Positions 48,814-59,091 of a stretch of DNA of 64,000 nucleotides are shown in pieces (the stretch's first letter is position 1; every line of letters begins with the position of its first letter). This DNA is from Candidatus Latescibacterota bacterium (GTDB lineage Bacteria; Latescibacterota; UBA2968; UBA8231), in NCBI GenBank assembly GCA_965243025.1, contig CBDETY010000003.1, forward strand, positions 2,336,001 to 2,400,000, read 5' to 3'. The translations under genes and the position numbers were made by a program. A model generated the notes under the pieces. The model was not told the origin of the DNA, made no database searches, and was given only the letters and a program-made list of their open reading frames with translations.

Positions 48814-49704
48814 ATGAGACTGGGCGTTGCCTTCTGGGACGGAGTCTCCCTCGACGATCCGCAGAAAACCGTGGACCGCCTCGAGACCATCGGCGTCAGG
48901 GGCGCCTGGCTCAACGCCGTCGAGGAGGGTTGGTCCCCGGCCCGGATCGAGGGCACCAGAAAGACCTTCGAAGAGGCGGGAATATTCGTCGGCGCGGTCG
49001 CCTCCCTGCACTTCGGTATGGCCACCAACCCGGACGAGGCAGTGCAGCGTCGGGGCATCGAGGCGACAAAGAGGTGCATCGCCGACTCGGTCGCCCTCGG
49101 GGCCCACTGCATCTCCGTCCACTGGCGGCAGAACGGGGCCGCCGGGGACTGGTGGTCTGAGAACTGCTGGAAGCGGCTCATCAAGAACACGGCGGTCGTC
49201 GCCGGGGAGGCCGAACGCCTGGGGATCGACCTCGGCTTCCACTCGTTCAAGCTCTGCCCCTGGGACACCCCCGAGCAGCACCGGCGGCTCGCCGACGAGG
49301 TCGCCTCCCCGCGCGTCAAGGTGCTCATCGACGCCGTCAACATGATCGATCACCGCGGCGTCTACGACAGCACCGACTACCTGAACCGCACCTTCGACAG
49401 TATCGGCGACCTGGTGGTCGGGGCCCACGCCAAGGACGTGACGATCGAGCCCCGGCACTGGACCCTGAGGATCGACGAGGTCCCACCCGGGGCCGGCATG
49501 CTGGACCACGACACCTTCCTCCGCCGGCTCTCCGAGCTCGACCCGGACCTGGTGCTGACCATCGAGCACCTCCGCGACGTCGGCGTCGCCGGCACCAACG
49601 CCATCCCCAACTACGTCTACTACCCCGATACGCACCTGGAGATCATCCGCGCCAGGGAGTTCCTCCAGTCGGTGGCGGGGCGTATCGGAATACCGCTGGA
49701 GTGA
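48814..49704 (+). CDS. Sugar phosphate isomerase/epimerase (TIM barrel)
   Basis: DAVN, AHAKD, PGAGMLD, TIEH. Confidence 0.8.
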   Translation: MRLGVAFWDGVSLDDPQKTVDRLETIGVRGAWLNAVEEGWSPARIEGTRKTFEEAGIFVGAVASLHFGMATNPDEAVQRRGIEATKRCIADSVALGAHCISVHWRQNGAAGDWWSENCWKRLIKNTAVVAGEAERLGIDLGFHSFKLCPWDTPEQHRRLADEVASPRVKVLIDAVNMIDHRGVYDSTDYLNRTFDSIGDLVVGAHAKDVTIEPRHWTLRIDEVPPGAGMLDHDTFLRRLSELDPDLVLTIEHLRDVGVAGTNAIPNYVYYPDTHLEIIRAREFLQSVAGRIGIPLE

Positions 49705-49708
49705 AGCC

Positions 49709-50476
49709 ATGCCCGACGCACCGATGTTCTCCCTCGAAGGCAAAACCGCCCTCGTAACCGGCGCCGGCCGCGGCATCGGCCGCGCCATCAGCCTCGCCTA
49801 CGCCCGGGCCGGAGCGGCGCTGGCCATCGGCGCCCGCACCGGATCCGAGCTCGACGACACCGCCGCGGAGATCGAGAAGCTGGGCGGCCGCGTCGTAAGC
49901 CGTCGCCTCGACATGAGCGACCTCGACAGCGTCCGCGGCTTCGTGCGCCGGACCCTCGACGAGCTGGGCCGCGTCGACATCCTGGTGAACAACGCCGGGG
50001 TGCCGATGCGCAAGACCGCGCTGGAGACCACCGAGGAGGACTGGAACCGGGTCACCGACGTCAACCTGAAGGGGCTGTTCTTCTGCACCCAGGAGTGCGC
50101 CCGCGCCATGGTCGCCCGGGGAGGAGGCAAGGTGATCAACATCACCTCGACGATCGGCGTCGTCGCCCTTCCCGGACAGTCGGCGTACGGCGCCGGCAAG
50201 GCCGCGGTGATCCAGCTGAGCAAGGTGTGGGCGATCGAGTGGGCGGAGCACAACATCAACGTCAACACCATCGCCCCGTTCTCCACCCGCACCGGCCTGG
50301 GGCGGGACATGCCGGACTACGAGGAGATGCTGGCCGAGCGCGCCAGGACCATTCCCATGGGAAGGGTGCTCGAACCGGACGACCTCGTCGGGACCGCCCT
50401 GTTCCTCGCGAGCCCGGCGTCGGACTTCATCACCGGACAGACGATCGTCGTCGACGGGGGCTATTCGGTGCAGTAG
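49709..50476 (+). CDS. SDR family oxidoreductase
   Basis: TGAGRGIG, NNAG, YGAGK (YxxxK), ITGQTIVVDGG. Confidence 0.93.
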   Translation: MPDAPMFSLEGKTALVTGAGRGIGRAISLAYARAGAALAIGARTGSELDDTAAEIEKLGGRVVSRRLDMSDLDSVRGFVRRTLDELGRVDILVNNAGVPMRKTALETTEEDWNRVTDVNLKGLFFCTQECARAMVARGGGKVINITSTIGVVALPGQSAYGAGKAAVIQLSKVWAIEWAEHNINVNTIAPFSTRTGLGRDMPDYEEMLAERARTIPMGRVLEPDDLVGTALFLASPASDFITGQTIVVDGGYSVQ

Positions 50477-51090
50477 CGGGGGCCGGCAAGCCGGTTGCCG
50501 TGATCCTCTCCGGTCTTCTTCCGAAATGGAAGTCCCGGCAGGTTCACGGGAACAGCCAGTCCGACCGAGCCTGACAGCTGCCGGTGCAGGATGCGTTCCC
50601 CGCGGTACGACTGGTCCACCTCGACGTGTCTCGCATTAAAAGTCAGCAGCCAGTTCTTCCACAGGTTGCAGCCGACCCCCGCGCCGAACCCGAGGCCGGC
50701 AAGGGAAAGGGATGTGTCCTCGTGGTCGAAGCCGATTATGGAAATCCCGTATTCGATTAAACCGGTCCAGGACTCCGACAGCTCGAAGGAATGCCTGACC
50801 AGGAGATGGGTGAGCAGCACCGGCTTGTCTCCTGCGGAGATCAGGTTGTTCGGGCGGACCGTTGCCTTTGCGCCGCCGTGCCCTACATAAATTCCTGTGC
50901 TACGCTCGTCCCGGATGGATAGAGGTTTCCAGACACCGATCTCTACCGTTGGAGATTGTCCGGTCGATTGTTGGAAGCTGGATAGAACACCCACTGCCGG
51001 ATGCAGGTAAAAATCGGCTGCTCCTTCGGCGAAAAGACTTCCGGGCAGAAGAATCGCACAAAGAGAGAGCCGCTTTCCAATCGCAGTCAT
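50461..51090 (-). CDS. Putative outer-membrane beta-barrel protein (OmpA-like, lower GC)
   Basis: Signal peptide, alternating amphipathic strands, GLGFGAGVG. Confidence 0.55.
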   Translation of the reverse strand: MTAIGKRLSLCAILLPGSLFAEGAADFYLHPAVGVLSSFQQSTGQSPTVEIGVWKPLSIRDERSTGIYVGHGGAKATVRPNNLISAGDKPVLLTHLLVRHSFELSESWTGLIEYGISIIGFDHEDTSLSLAGLGFGAGVGCNLWKNWLLTFNARHVEVDQSYRGERILHRQLSGSVGLAVPVNLPGLPFRKKTGEDHGNRLAGPRYCTE

Positions 51091-51286
51091 TGAACAGACC
51101 AGTAACAATCGAAGGTTTTGATAATTCGATTTAAGCATCACCGGGTTACTGAGCGGCCGAGAAGTCGAGATTCCCGCGGATGTCCTTTCGGAAACAGGTT
51201 CGTCAGCACCCGCATGTCATGCGTGAGAAAGCAGGGTCGCGCCCCAGCCACTTTCAACAGACCGTCTCCATTGGCAGACCAACCTC

Positions 51287-52930
51287 TTATCGGGCCATCA
51301 GCACCGTCACCCGGTGCGGCTCGGTTCCCGGCGGCAGTTTCCGGGCTCCGTGAGCATCCCGCAGGGTGAACGGGTGATGCACGAGGATGTCCTGCCTGCC
51401 GTCCCGGTCGAGGTCCGCAAGCCAGGCGTACTCCCCGTCGTGCAGCGGGACCTCCACCCTTTGGGGTTTTGGGGCGAACATACCGGGCCCCGGCACTCCG
51501 GCATAGACGTGGAGCTCCCTGAACTCCGGCTCGATCAGCAGGTCCGGGCGGCCGTCGCCGGTCACGTCCCCGATCAGCAAGGTCCGGTTGAATGCGCGGG
51601 GCCATTCTTCTTGCGTCCTGCGGCTCTCGTGCGTTCCCCCGCGAAGCAGGATGTCGAGGGGCACCCACCCCGGCTCTCGATGGCTGGGCACACCGTCCAG
51701 GGCGATGCTGCGGATGGCGTCCGGTTCGTCCGGGAAGGGGCCGTCTCCCGTTCGGTAGAACTCGAGATCGAGGAAGACGTCGTCCCCCATGAACCCCTTG
51801 ATTCGCTTCCACAGGCTGCCCTCGAGGAACCTTTTCTCGATGGTCGTGAACACCAGGGCGACCCGCCCGCCGCCGTCGAAGTCGTGCCGGTCCATGCCGA
51901 GCTGGATGCTGCCGTCCGACTCGATCCGGGCCCCGGCCTCGGGCGCGAAAACCGTATGGCCACCGGGTGTCCGGGCGCCGAAATGCAGCTCGAAGGCGGA
52001 ACGCTTGCCGGATATGTCCCGGCCCTCCAGCGAGAAGACCACGAGGTCGGCGACGCCGTCGCCGTTCAGGTCGGTCAAGGAGTGCAGCACCCTCCCGGTC
52101 ATGTCTCCGGAAGCGAGCGAGGAGAGGTCGTCCGATTCGAACTCCACCCCGGTCGCGAAGGTTCTGCCCGCCGGGGAAAACAGGCCGCGCTCGTCCTGGA
52201 GGTGAACGGCGAAGCTGTCCCCGTTCCAGAACACCAGGTCGCTGCGGCCGTCTCCGTTGCAGTCCACCTCGTGGACACGGCTCTGGCTCCAGGGGTCGTA
52301 CCGGTACCCGTCGGCTCCCAGGATCCGGCTCATGTCGGTGGAACGGCCGACCTTCACAGGATCCGCGAAGGCCCCGCCCTCCGTCTGGACGAACACCTTA
52401 AAACCGTCGACGTCCGGCACTGCAAGGTCGTCGCGGCCGTCGCCGTTCAGGTCGTGGGTGACGTCCACATGGGGGATTTCCGTTGGGCGAGGGGGGACGA
52501 AATTCGATGAAACCGCAACCAGCGGACGCTCTGTCCCCGACTCGGGATCGAACCAGCTGAGTCGTCCGGGTGCGAAAGTGACCAGCCGGTCGCGGCCATC
52601 GATTCCCGCCACGTCGACGAACTCCACTTCGGGACCAAGGGTTGCCTCGAGTCCCGGCGCCCTTGCGCCGTCTGCGAATGCGTAGATGCGCAGGAGGCGG
52701 TCGCCGCTGTCCCCGACGGTGAGGACGGCAAGTTCTGCGACAGGGCCGCCGAGAAGAAAGCCGGTCAGAACGGTCTGGCGTTTCGCCAGGCCGGTGACGA
52801 CCTCGAAGCGTTCGAAACTGATTTCCGCGGCGACAGATTGCCCGCCCCAGGTTCCTGCCGGGGTCGTGAATCCCGTCAGGAGAACCGCAAGAACGAAGGT
52901 GGATGTCGGGGTATCCCCCCTGTATTTCAT
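51287..52930 (-). CDS. FG-GAP/VCBS repeat secreted protein
   Basis: Multiple Dx(N/D/T)xDGxxD loops: [45 protein letters not shown]. Signal peptide from ATG 52930. Confidence 0.85.
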   Translation of the reverse strand: MKYRGDTPTSTFVLAVLLTGFTTPAGTWGGQSVAAEISFERFEVVTGLAKRQTVLTGFLLGGPVAELAVLTVGDSGDRLLRIYAFADGARAPGLEATLGPEVEFVDVAGIDGRDRLVTFAPGRLSWFDPESGTERPLVAVSSNFVPPRPTEIPHVDVTHDLNGDGRDDLAVPDVDGFKVFVQTEGGAFADPVKVGRSTDMSRILGADGYRYDPWSQSRVHEVDCNGDGRSDLVFWNGDSFAVHLQDERGLFSPAGRTFATGVEFESDDLSSLASGDMTGRVLHSLTDLNGDGVADLVVFSLEGRDISGKRSAFELHFGARTPGGHTVFAPEAGARIESDGSIQLGMDRHDFDGGGRVALVFTTIEKRFLEGSLWKRIKGFMGDDVFLDLEFYRTGDGPFPDEPDAIRSIALDGVPSHREPGWVPLDILLRGGTHESRRTQEEWPRAFNRTLLIGDVTGDGRPDLLIEPEFRELHVYAGVPGPGMFAPKPQRVEVPLHDGEYAWLADLDRDGRQDILVHHPFTLRDAHGARKLPPGTEPHRVTVLMAR

Positions 52931-53256
52931 CCCGCGGCGCGATCTGTGCCTGCAGACCGCTGTGAAACCGGTCCCGCCTCGTACCGCACTACCTCGATCT
53001 GGTCTTCGCCCCGGCGAGCCTGCGCCAGATCGTACGAAGCCTGCCGCCGCAGCCAGAACTCCGCGCTCGACCATCCCGCCTTCTCCAGCCGAATGGCCAT
53101 CTCCGGCGAAACGCCAGCATGGCCGTTCAATACCCGCGAAAGGGTGTGTCGGGCAACGCCCAGCACCATTGCCGCCTCGGTAACGGTCAGGCCAAGAGGT
53201 TCCAGGCAGTTCTTCCTTATGCTGAGGCCGGGATGGGGGGGGGTCTTCATAGCCAT
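52927..53256 (-). CDS. higA: HigA family antitoxin
   Basis: PPHPG.. [40 protein letters not shown]. Confidence 0.93.
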   Translation of the reverse strand: MAMKTPPHPGLSIRKNCLEPLGLTVTEAAMVLGVARHTLSRVLNGHAGVSPEMAIRLEKAGWSSAEFWLRRQASYDLAQARRGEDQIEVVRYEAGPVSQRSAGTDRAAG

Positions 53257-53267
53257 GGTTTCGGTTC

Positions 53268-53546
53268 CTAGTGGTAGTCGATCAAGTCAACGTCGGTGGC
53301 GTCACCTTCGCCGAAACGGAAGATGATTCGCCAATTGGCGGTAATCGAGATACTCCAAAACCCTTTCAGATTACCCTTCAGCGGATGAAGCCGATACCCC
53401 GGTAACTCAAGGTCCGAAGGCTTTCCGGCCTCATCGAGATCCGCCAGGGCGATGGCGACTCGTTCCGCCAGATCAGCGCCTACTCTGCTTGGATCTCCGC
53501 GTTCATACAACCGCTTCAGGCCAGGATGCCGAAAGGATTGAATCAT
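53268..53546 (-). CDS. higB: HigB family toxin (RelE/ParE)
   Basis: MIQSFRH.GLK.. [28 protein letters not shown]. Confidence 0.93.
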   Translation of the reverse strand: MIQSFRHPGLKRLYERGDPSRVGADLAERVAIALADLDEAGKPSDLELPGYRLHPLKGNLKGFWSISITANWRIIFRFGEGDATDVDLIDYH

Positions 53547-53553
53547 TTTTTGG

Positions 53554-53582
53554 AGTGTACCGTGTTCCGGTACGCCTGTCAA
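53554..53582 (-). promoter_or_regulatory. higBA sigma70 promoter with palindromic operator; probably leaderless
   Basis: TTGACA-17 bp-TACACT. The perfect inverted repeat GTACCG-N5-CGGTAC (53557-53573) overlaps the spacer and -10. The ATG lies 7 nt after the -10. Confidence 0.75.
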
Positions 53583-53701
53583 AACTCACCCTTATGACGG
53601 GAACCACGGCAACTATCCCGGCCTGCATAAACCTGGACCCGATCCGAAGCGGCTCCGCGCGGGTGAGAAATCTGGTCCAGCACCCTTTTGTCTGATCTGG
53701 A

Positions 53702-56700
53702 TCATTCTGCATCTCCCGATGCGAACGGGAGCAGCCACAGCACCCGGTCCGGGGCGCGCCGTTCATCCCCGGGGACGCCGGTCGAGTGCAGGGCGGCCTC
53801 CCCCTGCAGGAAGCCGTGGTTGCCGTGCGGCGACCGGTCCCCCGGCGGGTCCTCCTCCATCGGGAGCCAGGCCACCAGGCCCGGCTCGTCCCCTTTCAGT
53901 CCGCGGCGCATCGACTGCCGGATCTCCTCCTGCGTTCGCGCGATGTTCCAGATCTCGACATCGTCGATGAGAGCGGGAGTGCTGTCCAGGTATCCGCTGG
54001 CTCCGATCCAGACCGGGCTGTCCGTCGAGTTGATGCGCTTGCCCGGGACAGCTCTTTCCGCTGCAAGCTCGCCGTTGACGTAGACCCGCATGCGGCTGCC
54101 GTCGTACGTGCCGGCGTAGTGGGCCCACTCCAGGTACGGAAGCGTGAACCCGCGGATGTTGGTCTGGGTCCGGTCTTCCCAGTGCAGGTGGAACCCGTTT
54201 CCCGGCAGGTGGAGCACGTACGACCAGGAACCCCGCTGGTACCACTTGCCGATGACGGTGCCCCTTTCCCCGAGCCGGTAGACCCAGGCGGCCAGGGTGA
54301 TTTCGTCGGTGATGTCGAGGGACGGGGAGGGCTTCAGCTCGATGTAGCCCGGGGCTGTCTTCGCCGCGGGGCTTTGGGAAAGCACCTCGTGGACCCCGTG
54401 CCCCGGGGGCGCCTCGCGCAGCATGGCCTCGAGGTTCTGGGCGAACCCGGCGCCGGCTTCCCGCAGCAGGCGCCCGATTTCGGGGCGGCCGTGCCTGACG
54501 GCGAGGTCCAGCGGGGTCCATCCCCGGCGGCGCCGGTTGACGAGTTGCGGGTCCGACTCGATAAGGGCCCGCGCCTTCTCGACATCGCCGAGGATGATGG
54601 CGGTGCCGAGGTCGATGGCCGCACCTGCCTCGACCAGAACCAGGATGATGCGGCTGCTGTCCGGCCCGTCGCGGTCCGGTTCGTCGCGGCATTGATCGGC
54701 CGCCCGCATGAGGGCGGTCCGTCCGTCGCTGTCGACGGCGTCGACGCCGGCCCCCCGCTCCAGCAGCAGCGCAGCCATATCCCCGTTGCAGTGGTCGGCG
54801 GCCTCGTGCAGGGGAGTTCCCTCTCCCCCGTGGCCGAGCGGCTTCCACTCGTCGACCCGGGACGGATCCCGTTCGAGCTCCTCACCCAGCCGCTCCCGGT
54901 AGTCGAGCATGACCAGATGGACGAGGTCGAAGCGCCCCCCTGCGGCGATCAGCAGGTCCAGGCAGTCGAGGTAGCGCTTGCCCATGACGTGCGAGCCCTC
55001 GTGGGCGGTTGCGGAGACGACGCTGTTCCCGGTCGAGCTGACGTAGTCGGGATCGCCGCCGTGCTCAAGGTACAGCTGGACGAGAGGCGGGCTGCCGAAG
55101 AAGCCGGCGTACCCGAGGGCCGACTCGCCCGATCCCCGGGCCTGGCCTCCCTCGGCGTTGACGTCCGCGCCGCGCGCGATCAGCAGGCGGGCGATCTCGA
55201 CGTCTTCGGCGCTGGTGCCGTACGCCCCGACGATGCGGTGCAGGAAGGTGCTGCCGGCGGCCGGCGCGTCCGGGGACAGGATCCGGGATGCCGCCAGTCC
55301 CGGGTCGCGCTCGAGCAGGGCCTCCGCTGCGGCCACGTCGTTCCGGTCGGCGGCCATGGCCAGCGCCAGCTGCGCGGCGACCTCCTCGGCGGGACGGGAC
55401 GGGTACTCCTCCCCGCCGTCGAAGGTGAACCCCTCCATCGCGACGTCCCGCAGCCCGACCGAAAACAGGCCTTCGTCCGCCCCCGGCCGCTCGTAGTACT
55501 GGATGAAGGGGCGCAGCGCCAGGCCGAAGTGCGCTTCACCGGCAACCCGCGTGCTGTCCGCACCGGCTCCCAGCAGGGTCACGCCGCTGACGAGCTCGAG
55601 CGGCTGACTGTAGGTGCCGGCTGCGAGTCGTACGGTGTCGCCTCTGCTGCTCGCATTCAGCGCTTCCCCTATGGTTCGGAACGGACGCTCCTCCGATCCG
55701 TCGCCGCCGACCTGCGCATCGTCGTCGACGTACCAGTGCGCACCGCCATGCTCGATCTCCATCCGTGCGATACGCCCCGCGCGTTCTTCGGCGAGGTCGA
55801 GGTCGCCCACCTCGGCGATGGCGATATCCCCCCTGTGGGACTCGAAGACGAGCCTGCCGCCGTCCGGGGACCACCTGGGCCCGATGTGCCCCGCGGTCGA
55901 GTCGGTCAGCTGAACGAGGGGGCCTCCCGCAAACGGGATGGCGTACAGGTTGAACGGCCCCTGGTCGCGGGCGGTGAAAGCGATCCAGCGGCCGTCGGGA
56001 GACCACGCCGGATTGTAGCTGTTCTGCGCCAGGGAGGTCAGCCGGCGCACCTCGCCGCCGGCCGCCGGTATCGCCCACAACTTGGCATACCCCTCCTCGC
56101 CGTGCGCGTTGAAGGCGATCCAGCGGCCGTCCGGGGACCAGTCCGGATCCCAGCCTCTCAGTCCATGCGTATCGAGCTGTCTTCTGTCACCCCCGGCCGC
56201 GGAGGCGATCCAGAGCTCATACCCACCTCGCGACCCGGTAAAGACGATCTCATTGCCGTCAGGGGACCAGCCGGCCGGGAGGGCATGAGAAATGACTGCG
56301 TCCTCATCCTTCGTGATCTTGATCAGGCTGCTTTCACCGGAGAAGGGGGCCACCGTCCACAGGTTCCAGCGCCCGCCGCGGTCGGAGGCGAAGAGCAGTT
56401 TGCCGCCATCGGGAGACCACCTCGGCACGCGGTCGTTCCCCAGGTCTGAGGTGATGCGCACAGGGTCGCCCCCGGAGACCGGTTTGATCCAGATGTCGCG
56501 ATTGCCTTCATGGTTTGCGCCGTAGGCGATCCACTTGCCGTCGGGCGACCAGTCGGCGTGCTCTTCGCGCACCGGCAGGGCCGCGAATTCACTGATCGGA
56601 ACGTCGCCGGCGATGTCGAAGTCGGCCGAGGATCGATAGACTGGCTGGGCCGCCCCGGCAGCGCGCAGAAGCTCGACGACGCCGCCGCACTCGTCTCCCT

Positions 56701-58999
56701 GACCGAGCGCTGCCTGGAGCGGTGTCCTGCCGCTGTCGTCGAGGGCGTTCACGTCCGCGCCTCCCTCCAGCAACAGCCGCGTCGCTGCGGCGATGCACTG
56801 GTCGGCTGCCTCGTGCAGCGGTGTGCCCCGCCCCCCCCTTTCCAGTGGAATCGGTCCGTTGACTTGGGCGGGGTCCTTGTCGAGGTCCGCCTCGAGCCGC
56901 CCGTTGTGCTCGAGCATGACCAGGTGACCGAGGTGGTAGCGGCCGCCCGCATTCACCAGCGCCTCGAGGCAGGGGACATAAGTAGAGGAGCCTCCCGCCC
57001 GGGATCCTTCGCGCGCCGCCGCGTCGACAGGCGTGATGCCGGTGGAGCCGGCGCGGTTGGGATCGGCGCCGTGCGCGAGATACAGCTCGACCAGCCGCAG
57101 GTCGCCGAAGAAAGCGGCGTACCCCAGCGCCGACTCTCCGGCGCCGCGGGCCTGACCCCCTTCGGCATTGACGTCGGCCCCGTGCTCGATCAGCAGGCGG
57201 GCGATCTCGTACTTCCCGTCGCTGGCGGCTTCGGACATGCTGACGGCGCGATGCAGGAAGGTGCTGCCCCCGGCATGGGCATCCGGGGACAGGATGGGCG
57301 CCGCGGCCAGGCCGGGACTGCGGGCCAGCAGGGTCTCGACCGCGGCCACGTCCTCCCCGTTGATCGCCATCACCATGGCCAGCACGTCGGCGACCTCTTC
57401 GGCTGGGCGCCGCGGGTACTCCTCTCCGCCGTCGAAGGCGAACCCTTTCATGACGACGTCCCTCAAGGCGATGGCGCGCAGCGCCACCTTTTCGCCGGGT
57501 CGGGTGTGGTAGCGGATGAAGGGACGCACCGCCAGCCAGAAGTGGGCTTCACCGGTCACCGTTGTCTTGTTCGAGCCGGCCCCCAGAAGCGTCACGCCGC
57601 TGACGGGTTTCACCGGGTGATCGTAGGTGCCCGGCGCCAGGCGGACGGTATCGCCGTAGCTGGCCGCGTTCAGGCCTTCCCGAATGGATCGGAACGGCCG
57701 CTCCCGGGTGCCGTTTCCCCCCGGTGGGGCGTCGTCGTCGACGTGGAACTGCGTGCCGAAATCCGCGAACTGCAGGTCGAGGACCTTCTGCTCCCCGTCG
57801 GCAAGAGCCACTGCCGCCGGGTGCACCCCGGCTCCCCGGCCGGAACCCAGCTCGTACGAACCCGAAGGCAGATCGAACCGGTACCGACCCGTCGAGTCGG
57901 TTCGGGTCATCGCCACCAGGCGGCCACCGGCGGAAACCGCCAGGTCGACCCCGCCCGCCGCCCGGTCTCCGGCGCGAACCACGCCGCCCAGGCCGGTCAG
58001 GGACAGGTCTGCGACGTCGATCGCCCCGAGTGCGCTCACGTCGGCGATATCGATACCGGAGCCGTCGAAGACGAGCCGCCTGCCGTCGGGGGACCAGCGC
58101 GGGCCCGTATGCCGGCCATCCGAGGCGGTCAGTCGCAGCGGAGACCCTCCCGCGAACGGCGCCGCCCACAGCTGGAAACCCCCCGCCCCCTTCGAACAGA
58201 AGGCGATCCAGCGGCCGTCGGGAGACCAGCTGGCGTTGTAGCTCTTCTGCTGAAGGGAGGTGACCCTTCGCAGCGCGCCGCCGATCATGGGAACCGCCCA
58301 GATCTCGCTCCACCCGCCGCGGTCGGAATTGTAGACGATCCATCTTCCGTCGGGAGACCAGTCGGGGTCGGAACCGTTGTACCCATCCGGGAGGAGCCTG
58401 CGTTTCTCACCGCCGACGGAAGGGATGACCCAGAGCTCGCGGGTCCTGCGCTGGGAAGCGAAAACGATCTCGCGCCCGTCGGGCGACCAGCCGGCGGGGA
58501 GTGCATGCGGTGGTACGAGGTCGTCTTCGTCGGCAGTGATCCGCACCGGTTTCGCTTGCGACCGGAACGGCTCGATGGTCCACAGGTTCCAGGCGCCGTT
58601 GCGGTTGGAGGCGAAGAGCAGTTTCCGACCGTCCGGAGACCATCGAGGGACCCGGTCCCACGCCGGATCGGTGGTCAGGCGAATGCGCTCTCCGCCGGCG
58701 GCCGGTTCGATCCAGATGTCGTAGTTGCCGCCGTGCATGACGCCGCAGGCGATCCACTTGCCGTCGGGCGACCAGTCGGCGTGGAACGTGTTTTCTCCGG
58801 GACGCGCGGAGAACTCGCTGATCGGAACGTCGCGGGCGATGTTGAAGCCGGCCGGGGATCGATTGACCGGCTCAGGCGGGGTCGCTCCGGCAGGGCCGGC
58901 GTACGGGGCCGGAATCAGCGGGGCGAGCGCGGCGGGCAGCAGGAAAAGGCGGACCAGGGCGGTTCCCAGGAACCGGTTGCGAGCATTGATGATGTTCAT
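53702..58999 (-). CDS. Giant secreted protein: 2 x (TolB/PD40 propeller - DUF1565-like - ankyrin repeats) + LamG domain
   Basis: Start MNIINARNRF (58999) with GAGGAG RBS and signal peptide. WSPDG repeats in two blocks; VDDDA..G.G..PFR.I..L.A..GDTVRLA.GTY twice; TPLHEAA/GADVNA ankyrins; ITLAAWV..W.HYAGTYDG..YVNG..IDDV.IWN (LamG). Confidence 0.85.
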   Translation of the reverse strand: MNIINARNRFLGTALVRLFLLPAALAPLIPAPYAGPAGATPPEPVNRSPAGFNIARDVPISEFSARPGENTFHADWSPDGKWIACGVMHGGNYDIWIEPAAGGERIRLTTDPAWDRVPRWSPDGRKLLFASNRNGAWNLWTIEPFRSQAKPVRITADEDDLVPPHALPAGWSPDGREIVFASQRRTRELWVIPSVGGEKRRLLPDGYNGSDPDWSPDGRWIVYNSDRGGWSEIWAVPMIGGALRRVTSLQQKSYNASWSPDGRWIAFCSKGAGGFQLWAAPFAGGSPLRLTASDGRHTGPRWSPDGRRLVFDGSGIDIADVSALGAIDVADLSLTGLGGVVRAGDRAAGGVDLAVSAGGRLVAMTRTDSTGRYRFDLPSGSYELGSGRGAGVHPAAVALADGEQKVLDLQFADFGTQFHVDDDAPPGGNGTRERPFRSIREGLNAASYGDTVRLAPGTYDHPVKPVSGVTLLGAGSNKTTVTGEAHFWLAVRPFIRYHTRPGEKVALRAIALRDVVMKGFAFDGGEEYPRRPAEEVADVLAMVMAINGEDVAAVETLLARSPGLAAAPILSPDAHAGGSTFLHRAVSMSEAASDGKYEIARLLIEHGADVNAEGGQARGAGESALGYAAFFGDLRLVELYLAHGADPNRAGSTGITPVDAAAREGSRAGGSSTYVPCLEALVNAGGRYHLGHLVMLEHNGRLEADLDKDPAQVNGPIPLERGGRGTPLHEAADQCIAAATRLLLEGGADVNALDDSGRTPLQAALGQGDECGGVVELLRAAGAAQPVYRSSADFDIAGDVPISEFAALPVREEHADWSPDGKWIAYGANHEGNRDIWIKPVSGGDPVRITSDLGNDRVPRWSPDGGKLLFASDRGGRWNLWTVAPFSGESSLIKITKDEDAVISHALPAGWSPDGNEIVFTGSRGGYELWIASAAGGDRRQLDTHGLRGWDPDWSPDGRWIAFNAHGEEGYAKLWAIPAAGGEVRRLTSLAQNSYNPAWSPDGRWIAFTARDQGPFNLYAIPFAGGPLVQLTDSTAGHIGPRWSPDGGRLVFESHRGDIAIAEVGDLDLAEERAGRIARMEIEHGGAHWYVDDDAQVGGDGSEERPFRTIGEALNASSRGDTVRLAAGTYSQPLELVSGVTLLGAGADSTRVAGEAHFGLALRPFIQYYERPGADEGLFSVGLRDVAMEGFTFDGGEEYPSRPAEEVAAQLALAMAADRNDVAAAEALLERDPGLAASRILSPDAPAAGSTFLHRIVGAYGTSAEDVEIARLLIARGADVNAEGGQARGSGESALGYAGFFGSPPLVQLYLEHGGDPDYVSSTGNSVVSATAHEGSHVMGKRYLDCLDLLIAAGGRFDLVHLVMLDYRERLGEELERDPSRVDEWKPLGHGGEGTPLHEAADHCNGDMAALLLERGAGVDAVDSDGRTALMRAADQCRDEPDRDGPDSSRIILVLVEAGAAIDLGTAIILGDVEKARALIESDPQLVNRRRRGWTPLDLAVRHGRPEIGRLLREAGAGFAQNLEAMLREAPPGHGVHEVLSQSPAAKTAPGYIELKPSPSLDITDEITLAAWVYRLGERGTVIGKWYQRGSWSYVLHLPGNGFHLHWEDRTQTNIRGFTLPYLEWAHYAGTYDGSRMRVYVNGELAAERAVPGKRINSTDSPVWIGASGYLDSTPALIDDVEIWNIARTQEEIRQSMRRGLKGDEPGLVAWLPMEEDPPGDRSPHGNHGFLQGEAALHSTGVPGDERRAPDRVLWLLPFASGDAE

Positions 59000-59091
59000 C
59001 CCCGTCTCCTCGTTATTTCCTCTCGGTGTTTCCCGCCTCAGGTCTCGAGTCCTCGTTGGCGAAACCATACAGAAAAGGCGGTCCTGCTCCC

